Shown here: one piece after another, positions 50,749-63,789 of the stretch
Layout of the letters: each line of letters begins with the position of its first letter
Numbering within the stretch: position 1 is the stretch's first letter
Position numbers and translations under genes: made by a program
Assembly (NCBI GenBank): GCA_964456855.1
Contig: CAYWCU010000001.1
Span: 8,442-72,441 of the forward strand
DNA: 64,000 nucleotides
Reading direction: 5' to 3'
Origin: an uncultured Candidatus Saccharibacteria bacterium
GTDB taxonomy: Bacteria; Patescibacteriota; Minisyncoccia; UBA9983
The notes under the pieces: model-generated
What the model was told of the DNA's origin: nothing
The model's database searches: none
The model's input: only the letters and a program-made list of their open reading frames with translations

Positions 50749-50856
50749 TCTTTGATTTTAACATAAAACAAACTTCGCGCAAAATATGAAAGCTTTACTT
50801 CAAACAATCAACGCAACGGAGCGCGACTGTGATGACCTGCTGTCCTTTTTTATTTG

Positions 50857-50896
50857 TTTATCGCCATTCTTGACGACCGTCAAGAATGGCGATAAA
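50857..50896. repeat. Perfect palindrome, left flank of the PaaX-like gene
   Basis: tttatcgccattcttgacg-ac-cgtcaagaatggcgataaa, 19-bp arms. Confidence 0.95.
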
Positions 50897-50941
50897 ATGT
50901 TTAGCATAGGGTCATTTTTGGGTTAGCAAGGTGATAAGGAA

Positions 50942-51520
50942 ATGAAAAAAGGGAAAAGGTTGAAAATTTTAGAAGCATTGCGAACTGGCGTTGATATAGC
51001 CGGCGACCTGATTTTTATTTTTACCCTCCCTTATGGCACTACACTGCCACGATCTTTACGTCTTCTGGAAAAACGGAATCAGGAACGGGAAGTCAAAAAA
51101 TTAAACAGTCAAAAAAGAGAAGAATTAAAAAAGGAAAAGGCCAGATTTTCCGATTTAATCTACAAATTAAAAAAGGATGGCTTAGTGGAAGTCGGACAAA
51201 ATAAAATATTTTTAACCAAAAAAGGAGAGCTGTACCTAAAAAAGGAAAAGGGCAAGCCGAAAACCCGATACCCTGTCCTGGCCGGCGAAACAACAAACCT
51301 TATCGTGTTTGACATACCTGAGGAAAAAAGAAGAAAGAGACAATGGCTGAGAGAAGTGTTGAAAAATCTAGAATACAAGCAACTGCAAAAAAGCGTCTGG
51401 ATTGGAAAAAACAAATTTCCGGAAGAATTTTTACGGGAACTCTCAATATTAAACTTGCACAACTGCGTAGAGATTTTTTCCATAAGCAACAAGGGCACTT
51501 TGCGCAGAAGGAGGGTGTAA
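50942..51520 (+). CDS. PaaX-like protein (winged helix plus Cas2-like domain)
   Basis: IYKLKKDGLV...LTKKG wHTH; LIVFDIPE..R..LR..L..L....LQKSVW. Confidence 0.82.
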   Translation: MKKGKRLKILEALRTGVDIAGDLIFIFTLPYGTTLPRSLRLLEKRNQEREVKKLNSQKREELKKEKARFSDLIYKLKKDGLVEVGQNKIFLTKKGELYLKKEKGKPKTRYPVLAGETTNLIVFDIPEEKRRKRQWLREVLKNLEYKQLQKSVWIGKNKFPEEFLRELSILNLHNCVEIFSISNKGTLRRRRV

Positions 51521-54093
<2,573 letters not shown>

Positions 54094-54095
54094 TT

Positions 54096-54650
54096 TTATG
54101 AATCAATGGACCTTTGGGAAACCGTTGTCTGAATATTAAGCTGGGATTTGATTGTCTTTTTTTCCCCGGCATAACCGCTGATAATAATGGTAACAAGTGG
54201 CTGGAGTCCGTCCGGTCCATCCCCTCTTACCACAAAAAGAAGCTTCTCAACGACTACTTCGGAAGATGTCATTGGGAGAAAATCTCCTCCATCATAAGAA
54301 ACTTCAATTTTTTTATTGGCAAGCAAATATTCCACAACCACGCCCTCACTGTTCGTAAAGTTAAAGGATGAAGGAGAGGAGCAAGATTGAGCGCAATAAT
54401 CGCTTCCCGTTCTTATTTCCCTCGCCATTTTTTCAATGGCAAAATTCAAATTATCATTCACCGCCCTGAAGGTGGCGGTCTTTTTTTGAATATTGCTGAC
54501 ATTAAGAATAGAAGTGAGAGAAATGGTTATTATAACAATAAAAATTGAGACGGCAACCATCATTTCAATAAGGGTAAACCCTCCCTCGTTTCGCGAGCTT
54601 GATGCGGTCTTCGGTGTAAGGGTGGATTTAATTTTCAGCGATTGTTTCAT
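54096..54650 (-). CDS. Type IV minor pilin
   Basis: GG/FTLIEMMV prepilin motif. Confidence 0.88.
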   Translation of the reverse strand: MKQSLKIKSTLTPKTASSSRNEGGFTLIEMMVAVSIFIVIITISLTSILNVSNIQKKTATFRAVNDNLNFAIEKMAREIRTGSDYCAQSCSSPSSFNFTNSEGVVVEYLLANKKIEVSYDGGDFLPMTSSEVVVEKLLFVVRGDGPDGLQPLVTIIISGYAGEKKTIKSQLNIQTTVSQRSIDS

Positions 54651-54680
54651 TTTGCTTTTTTGTTTTTCCGAAGAAATAAA

Positions 54681-55253
54681 TTATCTCCAATTAAAAATAT
54701 CCTCCTCTAAAACGACTTTTTTCTCTCCTATATTGTCTTTCCAGGAAACGATGCTTCTCACATTCGCCTCATCCGAGTTGCCACCAACATTCGGAATTAT
54801 TTTGACAACGCGCTTGAAGATAGTCGGAACTCCTTTAATGTAATTATAATAATATCCATTCGTGGCATCGTATTTGATATCCGGACATTCTCCGGCACAA
54901 GCGACCATGCTCGCGTTGGGAACATCAATGACACACCCATCAGATCCGAAACATACATCAAGCCCGTCCAGCCAACCGTTGGGAGGATTTAAAAAATTAT
55001 TATCACGCGTATTTCTGGCATACTCAATTCCCTCCTGAGCCAGATAAAAAGCGACTATGCGGTTCTGGGATACCCTCGCCGAAGCTATCATCCGAGAGGC
55101 GAGTTGCATCGGACCCAAAGTCGCCATTGTTAAAATGGTAATGGCGACAAGGGTCTCCAAGAGTGTAAACCCTCCTCCGCTTCGCAAGACTGAGCCGGAG
55201 TTTGCTGCTCCGGAAAAACTTCTTTTTTTAAAAAATAAATGATTGTTTTTCAT
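54681..55253 (-). CDS. Type IV minor pilin (PilV-like)
   Basis: GG/FTLLETLV; AFYLAQEGIE. Confidence 0.88.
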   Translation of the reverse strand: MKNNHLFFKKRSFSGAANSGSVLRSGGGFTLLETLVAITILTMATLGPMQLASRMIASARVSQNRIVAFYLAQEGIEYARNTRDNNFLNPPNGWLDGLDVCFGSDGCVIDVPNASMVACAGECPDIKYDATNGYYYNYIKGVPTIFKRVVKIIPNVGGNSDEANVRSIVSWKDNIGEKKVVLEEDIFNWR

Positions 55254-55256
55254 TTT

Positions 55257-55856
55257 TTAATCAACTTCTATTTGACCGGTCGGCCAAATTATCACCTGCT
55301 TTTCCGTTCCGTCAGGGGATCTGATTACAACCTCCAAATCATGATTTGAATAATCAACTCCTCCTCCTTTAAAAACAACTTTCGGTCCGGGACGATAATA
55401 GACAATATTAAGTTCGCTTAAACCGCAATCCGGCGTCGGAATCGTTTTCTCGCCAACACAAAGTTTGTAAATTATATCGGCCGTTTTTATCTTGATTTCT
55501 TTTTCCTTTTCAGCTCCCCCGCTGTATTCTCCATTACCGTCAAGATCAACAAACAAAATAAAAGAGTCGGGGGTGTTAACATTAAAATGAACTCCGTATC
55601 CGGGGAATTTTCCGTCAAATTCCTTGACGGAAATGGCGGAGACTTGAGCTTCTCTCACGGACAAGGCTATTTTCTGGGCGGTTCTTTTCAAAGAGACGCC
55701 TTCCCTGAATTTAGGGTAGTTGATAAAAAGGCCGATACTGATAATCGTAAAAATGCTTATGCTCACCATCAATTCCACCAAAGTGAAACCGGAACAGGAA
55801 ACCGGCAAAAAGCAGGAATGAGAATTTGATACTTTTCGTTTTAAACTTTTTTTCAT
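55257..55856 (-). CDS. Type IV minor pilin (FimT-like)
   Basis: SG/FTLVELMV; YGVHF. Confidence 0.88.
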   Translation of the reverse strand: MKKSLKRKVSNSHSCFLPVSCSGFTLVELMVSISIFTIISIGLFINYPKFREGVSLKRTAQKIALSVREAQVSAISVKEFDGKFPGYGVHFNVNTPDSFILFVDLDGNGEYSGGAEKEKEIKIKTADIIYKLCVGEKTIPTPDCGLSELNIVYYRPGPKVVFKGGGVDYSNHDLEVVIRSPDGTEKQVIIWPTGQIEVD

Positions 55857-55922
55857 AAAAGAGAGTTGGGAAACCCCGTTTCAAACTCTCAAAACGAATT
55901 TAATCCGCATTGAGCGTTTCAA

Positions 55923-56309
55923 TTATTGGAAACGAAAAACCACTTTATCCGCCGGACCGGCGTAAACGTCATAAGGGGATATGTCCTGTTTAACGCCATT
56001 CAGATAAAAAACCCAATGTTTGCCTCCGCTCCCGTTTAAAAATTCTTTTATCTTAATTGGCGTAAAATTATTGTCGGCTTCAACTTCGGCGCCGGTCAGC
56101 AAAGCCACCTGCTGCAATAGATTCCAAACGCGTTTTTTCCCGGAAAGAGGAACCTGTAACGCCTGTTTCCCACTGTTCCCATAATCAATAATGAAAACCA
56201 ATTCATTTTTGTCCGCTTTCTTTCCTCCCCATCCTGAAATTAAAACAACGAAAATAACAGCCACCAGAAACGCCAACAAAATTATTTTTTCTTTTTTATT
56301 TTTTTTCAT
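55923..56309 (-). CDS. DUF4430-like membrane-anchored protein
   Basis: N-terminal TM; WVFYLNG...DKVVF. Confidence 0.65.
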   Translation of the reverse strand: MKKNKKEKIILLAFLVAVIFVVLISGWGGKKADKNELVFIIDYGNSGKQALQVPLSGKKRVWNLLQQVALLTGAEVEADNNFTPIKIKEFLNGSGGKHWVFYLNGVKQDISPYDVYAGPADKVVFRFQ

Positions 56310-56327
56310 AATTAAATTTTAAACATA

Positions 56328-57119
56328 TTAAATGTATAAGCGGATTATGGCGTTTCCGAACCAAAACGCAATCATCACTCCAAAAATTAAAAAAGGACCA
56401 AACGCCACCTTACTTTTCATATTATACCTTTTTTTCGCCAAAATTAACAAGAGAATGCCCACAATCGCTCCGGACCAAAAACCGACAAGTATGGCGATTA
56501 GCCCCTTGAGCGGACCTAACAAAAAACCGATTCCAAGCGCCAATTTGGCGTCTCCAAACCCCATTCCTTTTCCGTTTGATAAAAACCAAATGAGAGCGAA
56601 AAAGGAAAAAAAGGCGATTCCGGACAAAAGTCTGCCCGCCAGTCCGGACCATAACTGCCCATGTTCAAAAAAAATCGCCAAGAGCGACAGAAAGGCGAAT
56701 GAATAAACAAGCATATCCGGGATAATCTGATGTTTGAAATCATACAAGGCGATGACGATCAAAAGAGAAAAAATCGCCCAGTAATAAACAAGGCGTCCGA
56801 AAAACAAGTTTGAGAACTGTCCGCCGAATATCGCTCCGCTTCCTCCGAGGAAAAGAAAAACAAATAAAAAGAGCGACCCAGTTAAAGCTTCAATTATGGG
56901 ATACTGCCAAGAAATTTTGCTTCCACATTTTCCACACACCCCCCTTTGAGCGAAAAAACTGAAAATTGGAATCAATTGGCGCCAATTGAGAGGCGTTCCG
57001 CAGGTGAAACACTGAGAACGGCCACGGGCGATGGAGCGCCCGGTGTTGTAGCGCAAGGCGACCACATTCAAAAAACTGCCCACAATCGCCCCCAATGAAA
57101 AAACAAATAATTCAATCAT
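56328..57119 (-). CDS. pilD: Prepilin peptidase
   Basis: GSFLNVV, RSQCFTC, ISWQYPIIE, MGFGDAKL, AFGPFL. Confidence 0.95.
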   Translation of the reverse strand: MIELFVFSLGAIVGSFLNVVALRYNTGRSIARGRSQCFTCGTPLNWRQLIPIFSFFAQRGVCGKCGSKISWQYPIIEALTGSLFLFVFLFLGGSGAIFGGQFSNLFFGRLVYYWAIFSLLIVIALYDFKHQIIPDMLVYSFAFLSLLAIFFEHGQLWSGLAGRLLSGIAFFSFFALIWFLSNGKGMGFGDAKLALGIGFLLGPLKGLIAILVGFWSGAIVGILLLILAKKRYNMKSKVAFGPFLIFGVMIAFWFGNAIIRLYI

Positions 57120-57143
57120 TGGTTTGATTATAGCATAAACAAG

Positions 57144-57170
57144 AAAACCCGCCGACAAGGGCGGGTTTTC
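57144..57170 (-). terminator. Terminator after the major pilin gene
   Basis: gaaaacccgcc-gacaag-ggcgggttttc. Confidence 0.75.
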
Positions 57171-57190
57171 AAAGAACAGGACAATCAGTC

Positions 57191-57724
57191 TTACGGAGTT
57201 ACATCATAGCATAGGTCGCCTGTAGGAGAATTAGCACCCAAATCATTTGTGGCTCCACAATCAGTGGACAACCCCGCAAAAGTACCCGAGGCACACCCGT
57301 CGCTAAGCTCGTCACTGTCCGATTGGAAGGCGGGACTATCGGGGCTTTCCATCACAGCTGCCAAATGATAGGACATTCCAGCGGTTGGGCTACAGTATTT
57401 GTAGTTCGATCCACTCGGATCCGTAGGAAGAGTGGGAAGAAATTTACTGGTCACAAGGGCTTGCAATCCGGTGTTGTTGCCAGGAAGGGCCGCTCCATCG
57501 GCTGTCGCCGGATATTTGTTACCATTGGAGTCAAAATACATCTCAAGCGCCAACTGCGCCTGTTTGATGTCTGACAAACGGCGAGCGTCCCTTGATTTCC
57601 TTCTGGCTGTGTTGAGCGATGCCAAAACAACGGAGGAAAGAATACCGATGATGGCGATAACCACCAAAAGTTCAATCAAGGTGAAACCGCGGTTACCTTC
57701 TCCTTTTTTAAATTTTTTAAACAT
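57191..57724 (-). CDS. Major type IV pilin
   Basis: RG/FTLIELLVVIAIIGIL, SRDARRLSDI; own promoter and terminator. Confidence 0.9.
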   Translation of the reverse strand: MFKKFKKGEGNRGFTLIELLVVIAIIGILSSVVLASLNTARRKSRDARRLSDIKQAQLALEMYFDSNGNKYPATADGAALPGNNTGLQALVTSKFLPTLPTDPSGSNYKYCSPTAGMSYHLAAVMESPDSPAFQSDSDELSDGCASGTFAGLSTDCGATNDLGANSPTGDLCYDVTP

Positions 57725-57891
57725 TTTTAATTTTATCCATCGCGGTCCGGAACTCGCGGCTCAAAACAATTTCGCGCCGCAATCCGATGACCGCAATGTT
57801 ATATGATTATTTATCGACCTTAATTTATAATAACACTTCTTTTATTATACCTTATTAAAAGCAAAAGCCTAAAGCGGAATGTGGATAAAAC

Positions 57892-59100
57892 TTAAATTCC
57901 CGCCGTGATGCTGTAAATCGGACCAAGGATGGAAACGAGAAGAATCCCGACCGCCACACCCAAGGTTATAATCATAATCGGCTCAATCAAACTGACCAAA
58001 TTGCTCACAGCGGAGTCAACCTCGCGACTGTAAAACTTGGACAATGTTTTCAGAATAAAATTCAATTTTCCGGATTCTTCCCCGATTCTCATCATTCTTG
58101 ATATGAGCGGGGGGATGTCTTGATAACGAGAAAAAACTTCCGAGATGGAACTCCCTCCTCTGACAGACTCCACGGCTTCTTTTAAAATCCTCTCATAGAC
58201 TCTGTTTCCGACGACATCTGATGTTATTTCCAACGCCCTGACAACCGGTATTCCACTTGAAAGAAGCGTTTCAAGATTATCCGTTATTCTGGAAAGATAA
58301 AGCTTTTTGTAAAGCGTTCCGATATATGGAACTCTCAACTGCAAATGGGAAATAACTTCTTGCCCAGTCTCGCCACGGGTGTAACGCCACAAAAAGACTG
58401 TTCCTATGGCGATGGCGATTAAAATAAAAATTCCGTAATTGACCAAAAACTCGCTGATTCCGATGACCACTTTCGTGTAAACGGGAATGTTCTGCCCCAT
58501 CTCCTTTATAATCTCGCTCAACCGGGGAATGACGAAAACCATCATCAAAATCATCACCGCAAAAAAAGTGCCGATGACAAAAGCCGGGTAAAAAAGCGCG
58601 TTTTTCGCTTTGGAAGACAGTTCGTAATACCTTTCCAGATGATCCGCCAAATAAGAAAAAATTTCATCCAATTTTCCGGACTCTTCCCCTGAACGAATCA
58701 TACTTACATAAAACTTGGAAAAAACATTAGGGTGCTTCGCCATGGCGGCGGACATAGGCGACCCTCCCTGCATATCCTCCACCACTTCATTAAGTTTTTC
58801 CGCCAAAAGTTCGTTTTCCGTTTCCGAAGCAATCAGCTTGAAGGAATCTATGACGGGAACCTTCGCTTCAAAGAGGGTTGCAAGTTGTCGCGAAAGAATA
58901 ACTACGTCCCGCGGTTTAATTCTTTCAAAGAACTTTATCTTTATTTCCCAAAAAGCTTTTTTTTCTCCGGCGGGGTTGATGGAGACGATTATAAGATTTC
59001 TCCTCTGCAGAGAGGAGATGGCAATCTCAAGATTGGCGGCCTCTATGCTACCCGTTTTCTTCTCCCCCTCCAAAGTTGTCGCTTCATATTCGTAAAGCAT
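57892..59100 (-). CDS. pilC: Type IV pilus platform protein (PilC/GspF)
   Basis: GEESGKL twice, YPAF, LIEP. Confidence 0.93.
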   Translation of the reverse strand: MLYEYEATTLEGEKKTGSIEAANLEIAISSLQRRNLIIVSINPAGEKKAFWEIKIKFFERIKPRDVVILSRQLATLFEAKVPVIDSFKLIASETENELLAEKLNEVVEDMQGGSPMSAAMAKHPNVFSKFYVSMIRSGEESGKLDEIFSYLADHLERYYELSSKAKNALFYPAFVIGTFFAVMILMMVFVIPRLSEIIKEMGQNIPVYTKVVIGISEFLVNYGIFILIAIAIGTVFLWRYTRGETGQEVISHLQLRVPYIGTLYKKLYLSRITDNLETLLSSGIPVVRALEITSDVVGNRVYERILKEAVESVRGGSSISEVFSRYQDIPPLISRMMRIGEESGKLNFILKTLSKFYSREVDSAVSNLVSLIEPIMIITLGVAVGILLVSILGPIYSITAGI

Positions 59101-59101
59101 A

Positions 59102-60166
59102 TTAAATAAGTCCCTGCAATCCTCTCGGGTTTAGAGAAAATTTATAAGCGTTATCCGTTGAAATTTCTCCCGCCCGCACCAAGTCGGCGAGAGAACGGTT
59201 TAAACTGACCATTCCCAATTCCAAACTGGTGTCAATAATAAGATTTATCTCGTGAGTTCGGTTCTCGCGAATAAGGTTTCTCACCGCCGAGTTACTGATA
59301 AGAAGCTCATAAGCGGGAACAAGTCCTCCGGAAATTCTCGGAATCAGGCGTTGGGAAAAAACACCAACGAGAGCGTTTGAAAGCTGGAGGCGTATCTGAT
59401 TTTGCTGATTCGGCGGAAAACTGTCTATTATTCTGTCTATCGTTTGGGAAGCATTGTTTGTATGGAGCGAGGAAAATATCAAGTGCCCCGTTTCAGCCGC
59501 GGTAACGGCGGCGGACATCGTCTCCGTATCCCTCATTTCGCCTATCATGGCAATATTGGCATCCTGCCTGAACATTGACCTCAGCCCGCTCTTGAAATCA
59601 TTGGTATCTATTCTGACCTCTCTCTGATCAATGATTGATTTATCCTGAACAAAAAGATATTCAACTGGATCTTCAATGGTTACTATGTGCTCCGCCCGAG
59701 TGTGATTAATATGGTCAATCATTGAAGCCATAGTCGTGGATTTTCCATGTCCAATCGGTCCCACCACGAGGAAAAATCCCTGCTCTCTCCCGGTGAAATC
59801 CATTAAAACATCAGGCAAATTGAGTTCTTGAAGGGTTTTAATTTTAATGGGAATGAGCCGAAGCGCCGCTCCCAAGTAACCCTTCTGGTAAAAGACATTG
59901 ACCCTGAAACGCACCTTGTCCTCAAAAGCGTAGGAAATATCAAGTTCTTTTTCTCTGATTAAAACCTCTTCTTCATTGTCCTTGAGCATTGAAAAAATAA
60001 GTCCCTTTGTGTCTTCTGGAGAAAGCACTTCTTTTTTCAAAAGAGGAATGAGGGAACCCGCCACTCTCATAGTGGGGTGTCTGGCGACGGTCAAATGAAG
60101 ATCGGAAGCTCCCTCTTTGACGACCATCATAATCAAATCCGCCATTTCTTTTTTATAATCTTTCAT
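59102..60166 (-). CDS. pilT: Pilus retraction ATPase
   Basis: ASDLHL, GPIGHGKST, TIEDPVE, AAETGHL, AVRNLIRE. Confidence 0.93.
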   Translation of the reverse strand: MKDYKKEMADLIMMVVKEGASDLHLTVARHPTMRVAGSLIPLLKKEVLSPEDTKGLIFSMLKDNEEEVLIREKELDISYAFEDKVRFRVNVFYQKGYLGAALRLIPIKIKTLQELNLPDVLMDFTGREQGFFLVVGPIGHGKSTTMASMIDHINHTRAEHIVTIEDPVEYLFVQDKSIIDQREVRIDTNDFKSGLRSMFRQDANIAMIGEMRDTETMSAAVTAAETGHLIFSSLHTNNASQTIDRIIDSFPPNQQNQIRLQLSNALVGVFSQRLIPRISGGLVPAYELLISNSAVRNLIRENRTHEINLIIDTSLELGMVSLNRSLADLVRAGEISTDNAYKFSLNPRGLQGLI

Positions 60167-60193
60167 AATTTATTTGATTGAAAAAACAATTTT

Positions 60194-60583
60194 TTAGGGC
60201 TTTTTCTCGTCCAGCAAAGAAGTCACTTTCGCCAAAACTTCCGACGGAGTAAAATAAGCTTTCACAATATAATCATTCGCCCCCAAAGAGAGACCTTTCT
60301 CAACATCTTCCTTTTGTCCCAAATTGGACAAAATAATCAATTTGCACTTCTCGGGCAGATTTTCTTTTTTAAGGCTTCGCAAAAACTCAAAGCCGTCCAT
60401 ATTCGGCATCACCAAATCAAACAAAACCGCATCTGGCTTGAAACCGCCGTGAATTTTTTCCAACGCCTCCTGTCCGCCAAAACACGGTTCCACATTGAAG
60501 CCCGACTGGCGAAACTTCAAAGAATACATGTCAAGCAAAAACTCATCGTCGTCAACTATTAAAATGGAATATTTATTCTCCAT
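60194..60583 (-). CDS. Single-domain response regulator
   Basis: ILIVDDD, DLVMPNMDG, DYIVK. Confidence 0.92.
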   Translation of the reverse strand: MENKYSILIVDDDEFLLDMYSLKFRQSGFNVEPCFGGQEALEKIHGGFKPDAVLFDLVMPNMDGFEFLRSLKKENLPEKCKLIILSNLGQKEDVEKGLSLGANDYIVKAYFTPSEVLAKVTSLLDEKKP

Positions 60584-60590
60584 ATAATTA

Positions 60591-62294
60591 TTATAACCTA
60601 TTTATTTCCTCTAAGCCAACAATGCCTTTGAAAATTTTCATCAAGGCGTCCTCTTTCGTTGTCAGCATCCCTTGGCGACGCGCTTCCTTGAATATTTCCG
60701 GTTCAATTGCATTGGTTAAAATTATGTTTTCCAGTTCCGGTGTTTTTTTAAGCACTTCAAAAATTCCTATTCTGCCTCTCGCCCCTTGCGGACACGAGGC
60801 GGAAGGGACGCCTTGATAAACATTTTCCGGAATCTTCAAATCTTTTTTCGCTTTTTCGGGGAAACCGGCAAGCACATCGTCAATTCTCTTTTTAACCTCT
60901 CCTTTGACGGGCAACGCCTTGCGCGAATCGGGGCAAAGATCTCTGACCAAACGCTGGGCTATGGAAAGCTCAAGCGTGGAGGCGATTAGAAACGGGTCAA
61001 TGTCCATATCCACGAGTCTTGGAACGACACCAATGGCGTTGTTTGTGTGAAGGGTGGAAAAAACCAAATGCCCTGTCAATGCGGCCTGAATCGCCAATGC
61101 CGCCGTTTCTTTGTCTCTGATTTCACCCACCATTATCATATCCGGGTCCTGACGGAGAATGGATCGGAGTCCCGTGGCGAAAGTGTAGCCTATTTCCGGC
61201 ATAACCTGCGATTGGCTTACGCCGTCAATACTGTATTCCACCGGATCCTCCAAACTGATGACATTGTTTTTCTCTCTGTCCAGTTCTTGAAGCATAGCGT
61301 AAAGGGTTGTCGTTTTTCCACTCCCGGTCGGACCGGTGAGTAATATCAGCCCGTATGGCTTCCTGAGTGATTCTCGGATGGCGCTAAGGTTATATTCCGT
61401 AAAACCCAATTCATCAAGTTTTTTCACCCCTTTTTCCTTATCCAAAATACGGATAACCACTTTTTCTCCGAAATGAGTGGGGAAGGTGGAAACACGAAAA
61501 TCAATGGGTCTGTTGTCAATCACCACTCCGAATCTCCCGTCCTGAGGTTTTCTTTTTTCGTCAATCTTCATATTGGTAATAATCTTTATTCTTGAAACAA
61601 TTGCTTCATGAACACTCAAAGGCAATATCAAACTTGTGTGAAGTGCACCCTGCACGCGAAAGCGGACTTTCAATTTGTCCGACATCGGTTCTATATGGAT
61701 ATCGGAAGCGTTTCCCGCCACGGCGTGCTTCAAAATAACCCCCACCATTTTGGTAACCGGGGCTTCTTCCACAAATTTGTTCTCCGATTGGAATATCTCC
61801 TTCGGAATGCCCCCTTCGGTGTCCACTAACGCCGATTCAAGATCCCCCAGAACTTTTGAAACTTCCCCCGTCAACCCCTTGTAATTCTTGAGCCCCTCCC
61901 TGAAATCCCCATCTGAAATGGCGAAAATTTTGAACGGCATATTCAATTTGGAAACAATAAATTGCAACGCTTCTCTCGCTTCAATGTCTTGAGGATTTAC
62001 CATTCCCATTTCCAACACGCCCTCATTAACTTCCAAAGGAAGAAATTTGTAATGTCTGACAGCCTCCTCGGGAATCTGCTTTAAGATATTGAAAGCTATT
62101 TTTTTAGCTTTGATTTTTCTGAAAGGAACACCTCCGGCTTCTGATTTCGCCGCTTCAATTTGTTCTTGAGAAACTCCGCGCGCCTTCAACATACTTTCAA
62201 TGCTCACCCCTTTTTCTTCGGCAAGACTCCTCGCCTCGGAAAGAATTTCCGGGTCAATAATATTTTTTTTTACTAAAATGTCGGTAAATTGCAT
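60591..62294 (-). CDS. pilB: Pilus assembly ATPase (PilB/GspE)
   Basis: ASDIHIEP, PQDGRF, GPTGSGKTTT, LRQDPD, TLHTN. Confidence 0.94.
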   Translation of the reverse strand: MQFTDILVKKNIIDPEILSEARSLAEEKGVSIESMLKARGVSQEQIEAAKSEAGGVPFRKIKAKKIAFNILKQIPEEAVRHYKFLPLEVNEGVLEMGMVNPQDIEAREALQFIVSKLNMPFKIFAISDGDFREGLKNYKGLTGEVSKVLGDLESALVDTEGGIPKEIFQSENKFVEEAPVTKMVGVILKHAVAGNASDIHIEPMSDKLKVRFRVQGALHTSLILPLSVHEAIVSRIKIITNMKIDEKRKPQDGRFGVVIDNRPIDFRVSTFPTHFGEKVVIRILDKEKGVKKLDELGFTEYNLSAIRESLRKPYGLILLTGPTGSGKTTTLYAMLQELDREKNNVISLEDPVEYSIDGVSQSQVMPEIGYTFATGLRSILRQDPDMIMVGEIRDKETAALAIQAALTGHLVFSTLHTNNAIGVVPRLVDMDIDPFLIASTLELSIAQRLVRDLCPDSRKALPVKGEVKKRIDDVLAGFPEKAKKDLKIPENVYQGVPSASCPQGARGRIGIFEVLKKTPELENIILTNAIEPEIFKEARRQGMLTTKEDALMKIFKGIVGLEEINRL

Positions 62295-62326
62295 ATTGAT
62301 TCCATTCGCGAACAATGTGGCGAGGT

Positions 62327-62659
62327 TTAGCTCTTGGGCAAAGTTTCTGTTTCAATTGGAGCGAAAGGATTTGATCTCCCGACTTCTTCGGGTTCCAATT
62401 GAACGGAAAAATCAATCAAACCTTGAAAGCTCTTGCTCTTGAAAAAAGAAGTGTCTATCTTTATTGATTTGAGATTTACGAGCGTTTGCAAAGATTCACC
62501 GGAAGGCGAAGATGTTCCCTGCGCCATCCCGCCGACAATTCCCCCCTGAGAAACCGTCAAATTTCCTTGCGTCTTTTCGCCCGGAGAATAAAGGCTGTAG
62601 ATAAAAATCAAAACCGCCGCAATTAGAACCCCTATTAAAAATTTTGTTTTTTTGCTCAT
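62327..62659 (-). CDS. Small membrane-anchored pilus accessory protein
   Basis: N-terminal TM, GRSNPFAP; lies between pilO and pilB. Confidence 0.7.
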   Translation of the reverse strand: MSKKTKFLIGVLIAAVLIFIYSLYSPGEKTQGNLTVSQGGIVGGMAQGTSSPSGESLQTLVNLKSIKIDTSFFKSKSFQGLIDFSVQLEPEEVGRSNPFAPIETETLPKS

Positions 62660-62666
62660 ATTGTTT

Positions 62667-63212
62667 TTAATTTCCCTTCCAATAAGTTGAAGCCTTGATG
62701 CTGAATTGATAAGAATCAATTTTGCCGGATTTGAAAGTAAGGTTTTCTATGTCAATAACGCTCAAACTTCTTTCCATATCGGAAAGAAACGAGACAAAAG
62801 AAGCGTAACTTCCGACGACGGATATATTCAACGGAATCTTCTCAAACGGTTTTTTCTTTTGCCCGAAAATAATTCTCTCTTTTTTTTTGTCCGGTTTTTG
62901 TATATCAACATTTTTAAGCAACAAGTTGTGCTTTTTGGTCATATTTTCCACCTCCATAACAAACTCAATGGCTTTCATTTTTGACGGAAGCAATTTGTTC
63001 AGTTTGTCCAAATCATCCTGAGATATGGAATTGTATTCGGATAATATCTGATCGCTTACGGAACGGACTTCTTTTAAATTATTTAAGGAAAGGTTGAGGT
63101 TGTTTTGCTCAACCCTGAGAGTTTTAACGGTTTTGAAGGCGGGATTGGTCCATGTGAAAAAAACCATTATTGCCGCCGCTAAAAGAAATATTGATGCGAT
63201 TATTCTTCCCAT
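62667..63212 (-). CDS. pilO: PilO-like protein
   Basis: TM, KLLP, GSYASFVSFLSDMERS; gene order. Confidence 0.75.
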   Translation of the reverse strand: MGRIIASIFLLAAAIMVFFTWTNPAFKTVKTLRVEQNNLNLSLNNLKEVRSVSDQILSEYNSISQDDLDKLNKLLPSKMKAIEFVMEVENMTKKHNLLLKNVDIQKPDKKKERIIFGQKKKPFEKIPLNISVVGSYASFVSFLSDMERSLSVIDIENLTFKSGKIDSYQFSIKASTYWKGN

Positions 63213-63216
63213 AAAA

Positions 63217-63780
63217 TCATTTTGCCTTATAACTGATAAACTCCGGATTAAAAACAAGCTCAAGATAAAAAGCAACGTTTCCATCATTCGTCAGAGAAAG
63301 CTTGGAAACTGAAATATCCTTCAAATCTTTGCTCTTTTGAAACTCTCCAATTTGAAGAGCGAGCGGTGCGTATCCTTTGGCGACACCTCTCATGGAAATA
63401 TCGGGTTCTCCTTCTTTGGAAAGCTTATAGGCAAAACTGGAAAATCTCACATTTTTCAGAGTGCTTTCCCTCAAAAAATCAAAAATCGGAGTAAGCTCCT
63501 TGTGCTCTTTCAGTAAAACCTTTGCCGCCTTCACTTTCATTGAGACGCTCGTCAATTCCTTCACAAGTTCCGGCTCAAAACCGGCGTGCGCCCTTTTTAA
63601 GGAAACCTCCAAGACGGTAATCTGCTTTTTAAGCACCTCTTTATAGAAAAAGATTCCTCCTAAAAATAATCCGGAAACAATAAATAAAATAAGGCTGGAT
63701 CCCAAAAGGAAACCGACGCCTTTCGCCTTGTAAACAGGTTTTTTAAATGATTTTTTTGGTATAAAAGATGTTCTATCCAT
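63217..63780 (-). CDS. pilN: PilN-like protein
   Basis: TSFIPKK, TM, GVAKGY; lies between pilM and pilO. Confidence 0.7.
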   Translation of the reverse strand: MDRTSFIPKKSFKKPVYKAKGVGFLLGSSLILFIVSGLFLGGIFFYKEVLKKQITVLEVSLKRAHAGFEPELVKELTSVSMKVKAAKVLLKEHKELTPIFDFLRESTLKNVRFSSFAYKLSKEGEPDISMRGVAKGYAPLALQIGEFQKSKDLKDISVSKLSLTNDGNVAFYLELVFNPEFISYKAK

Positions 63781-63789
63781 AATTGTTTT

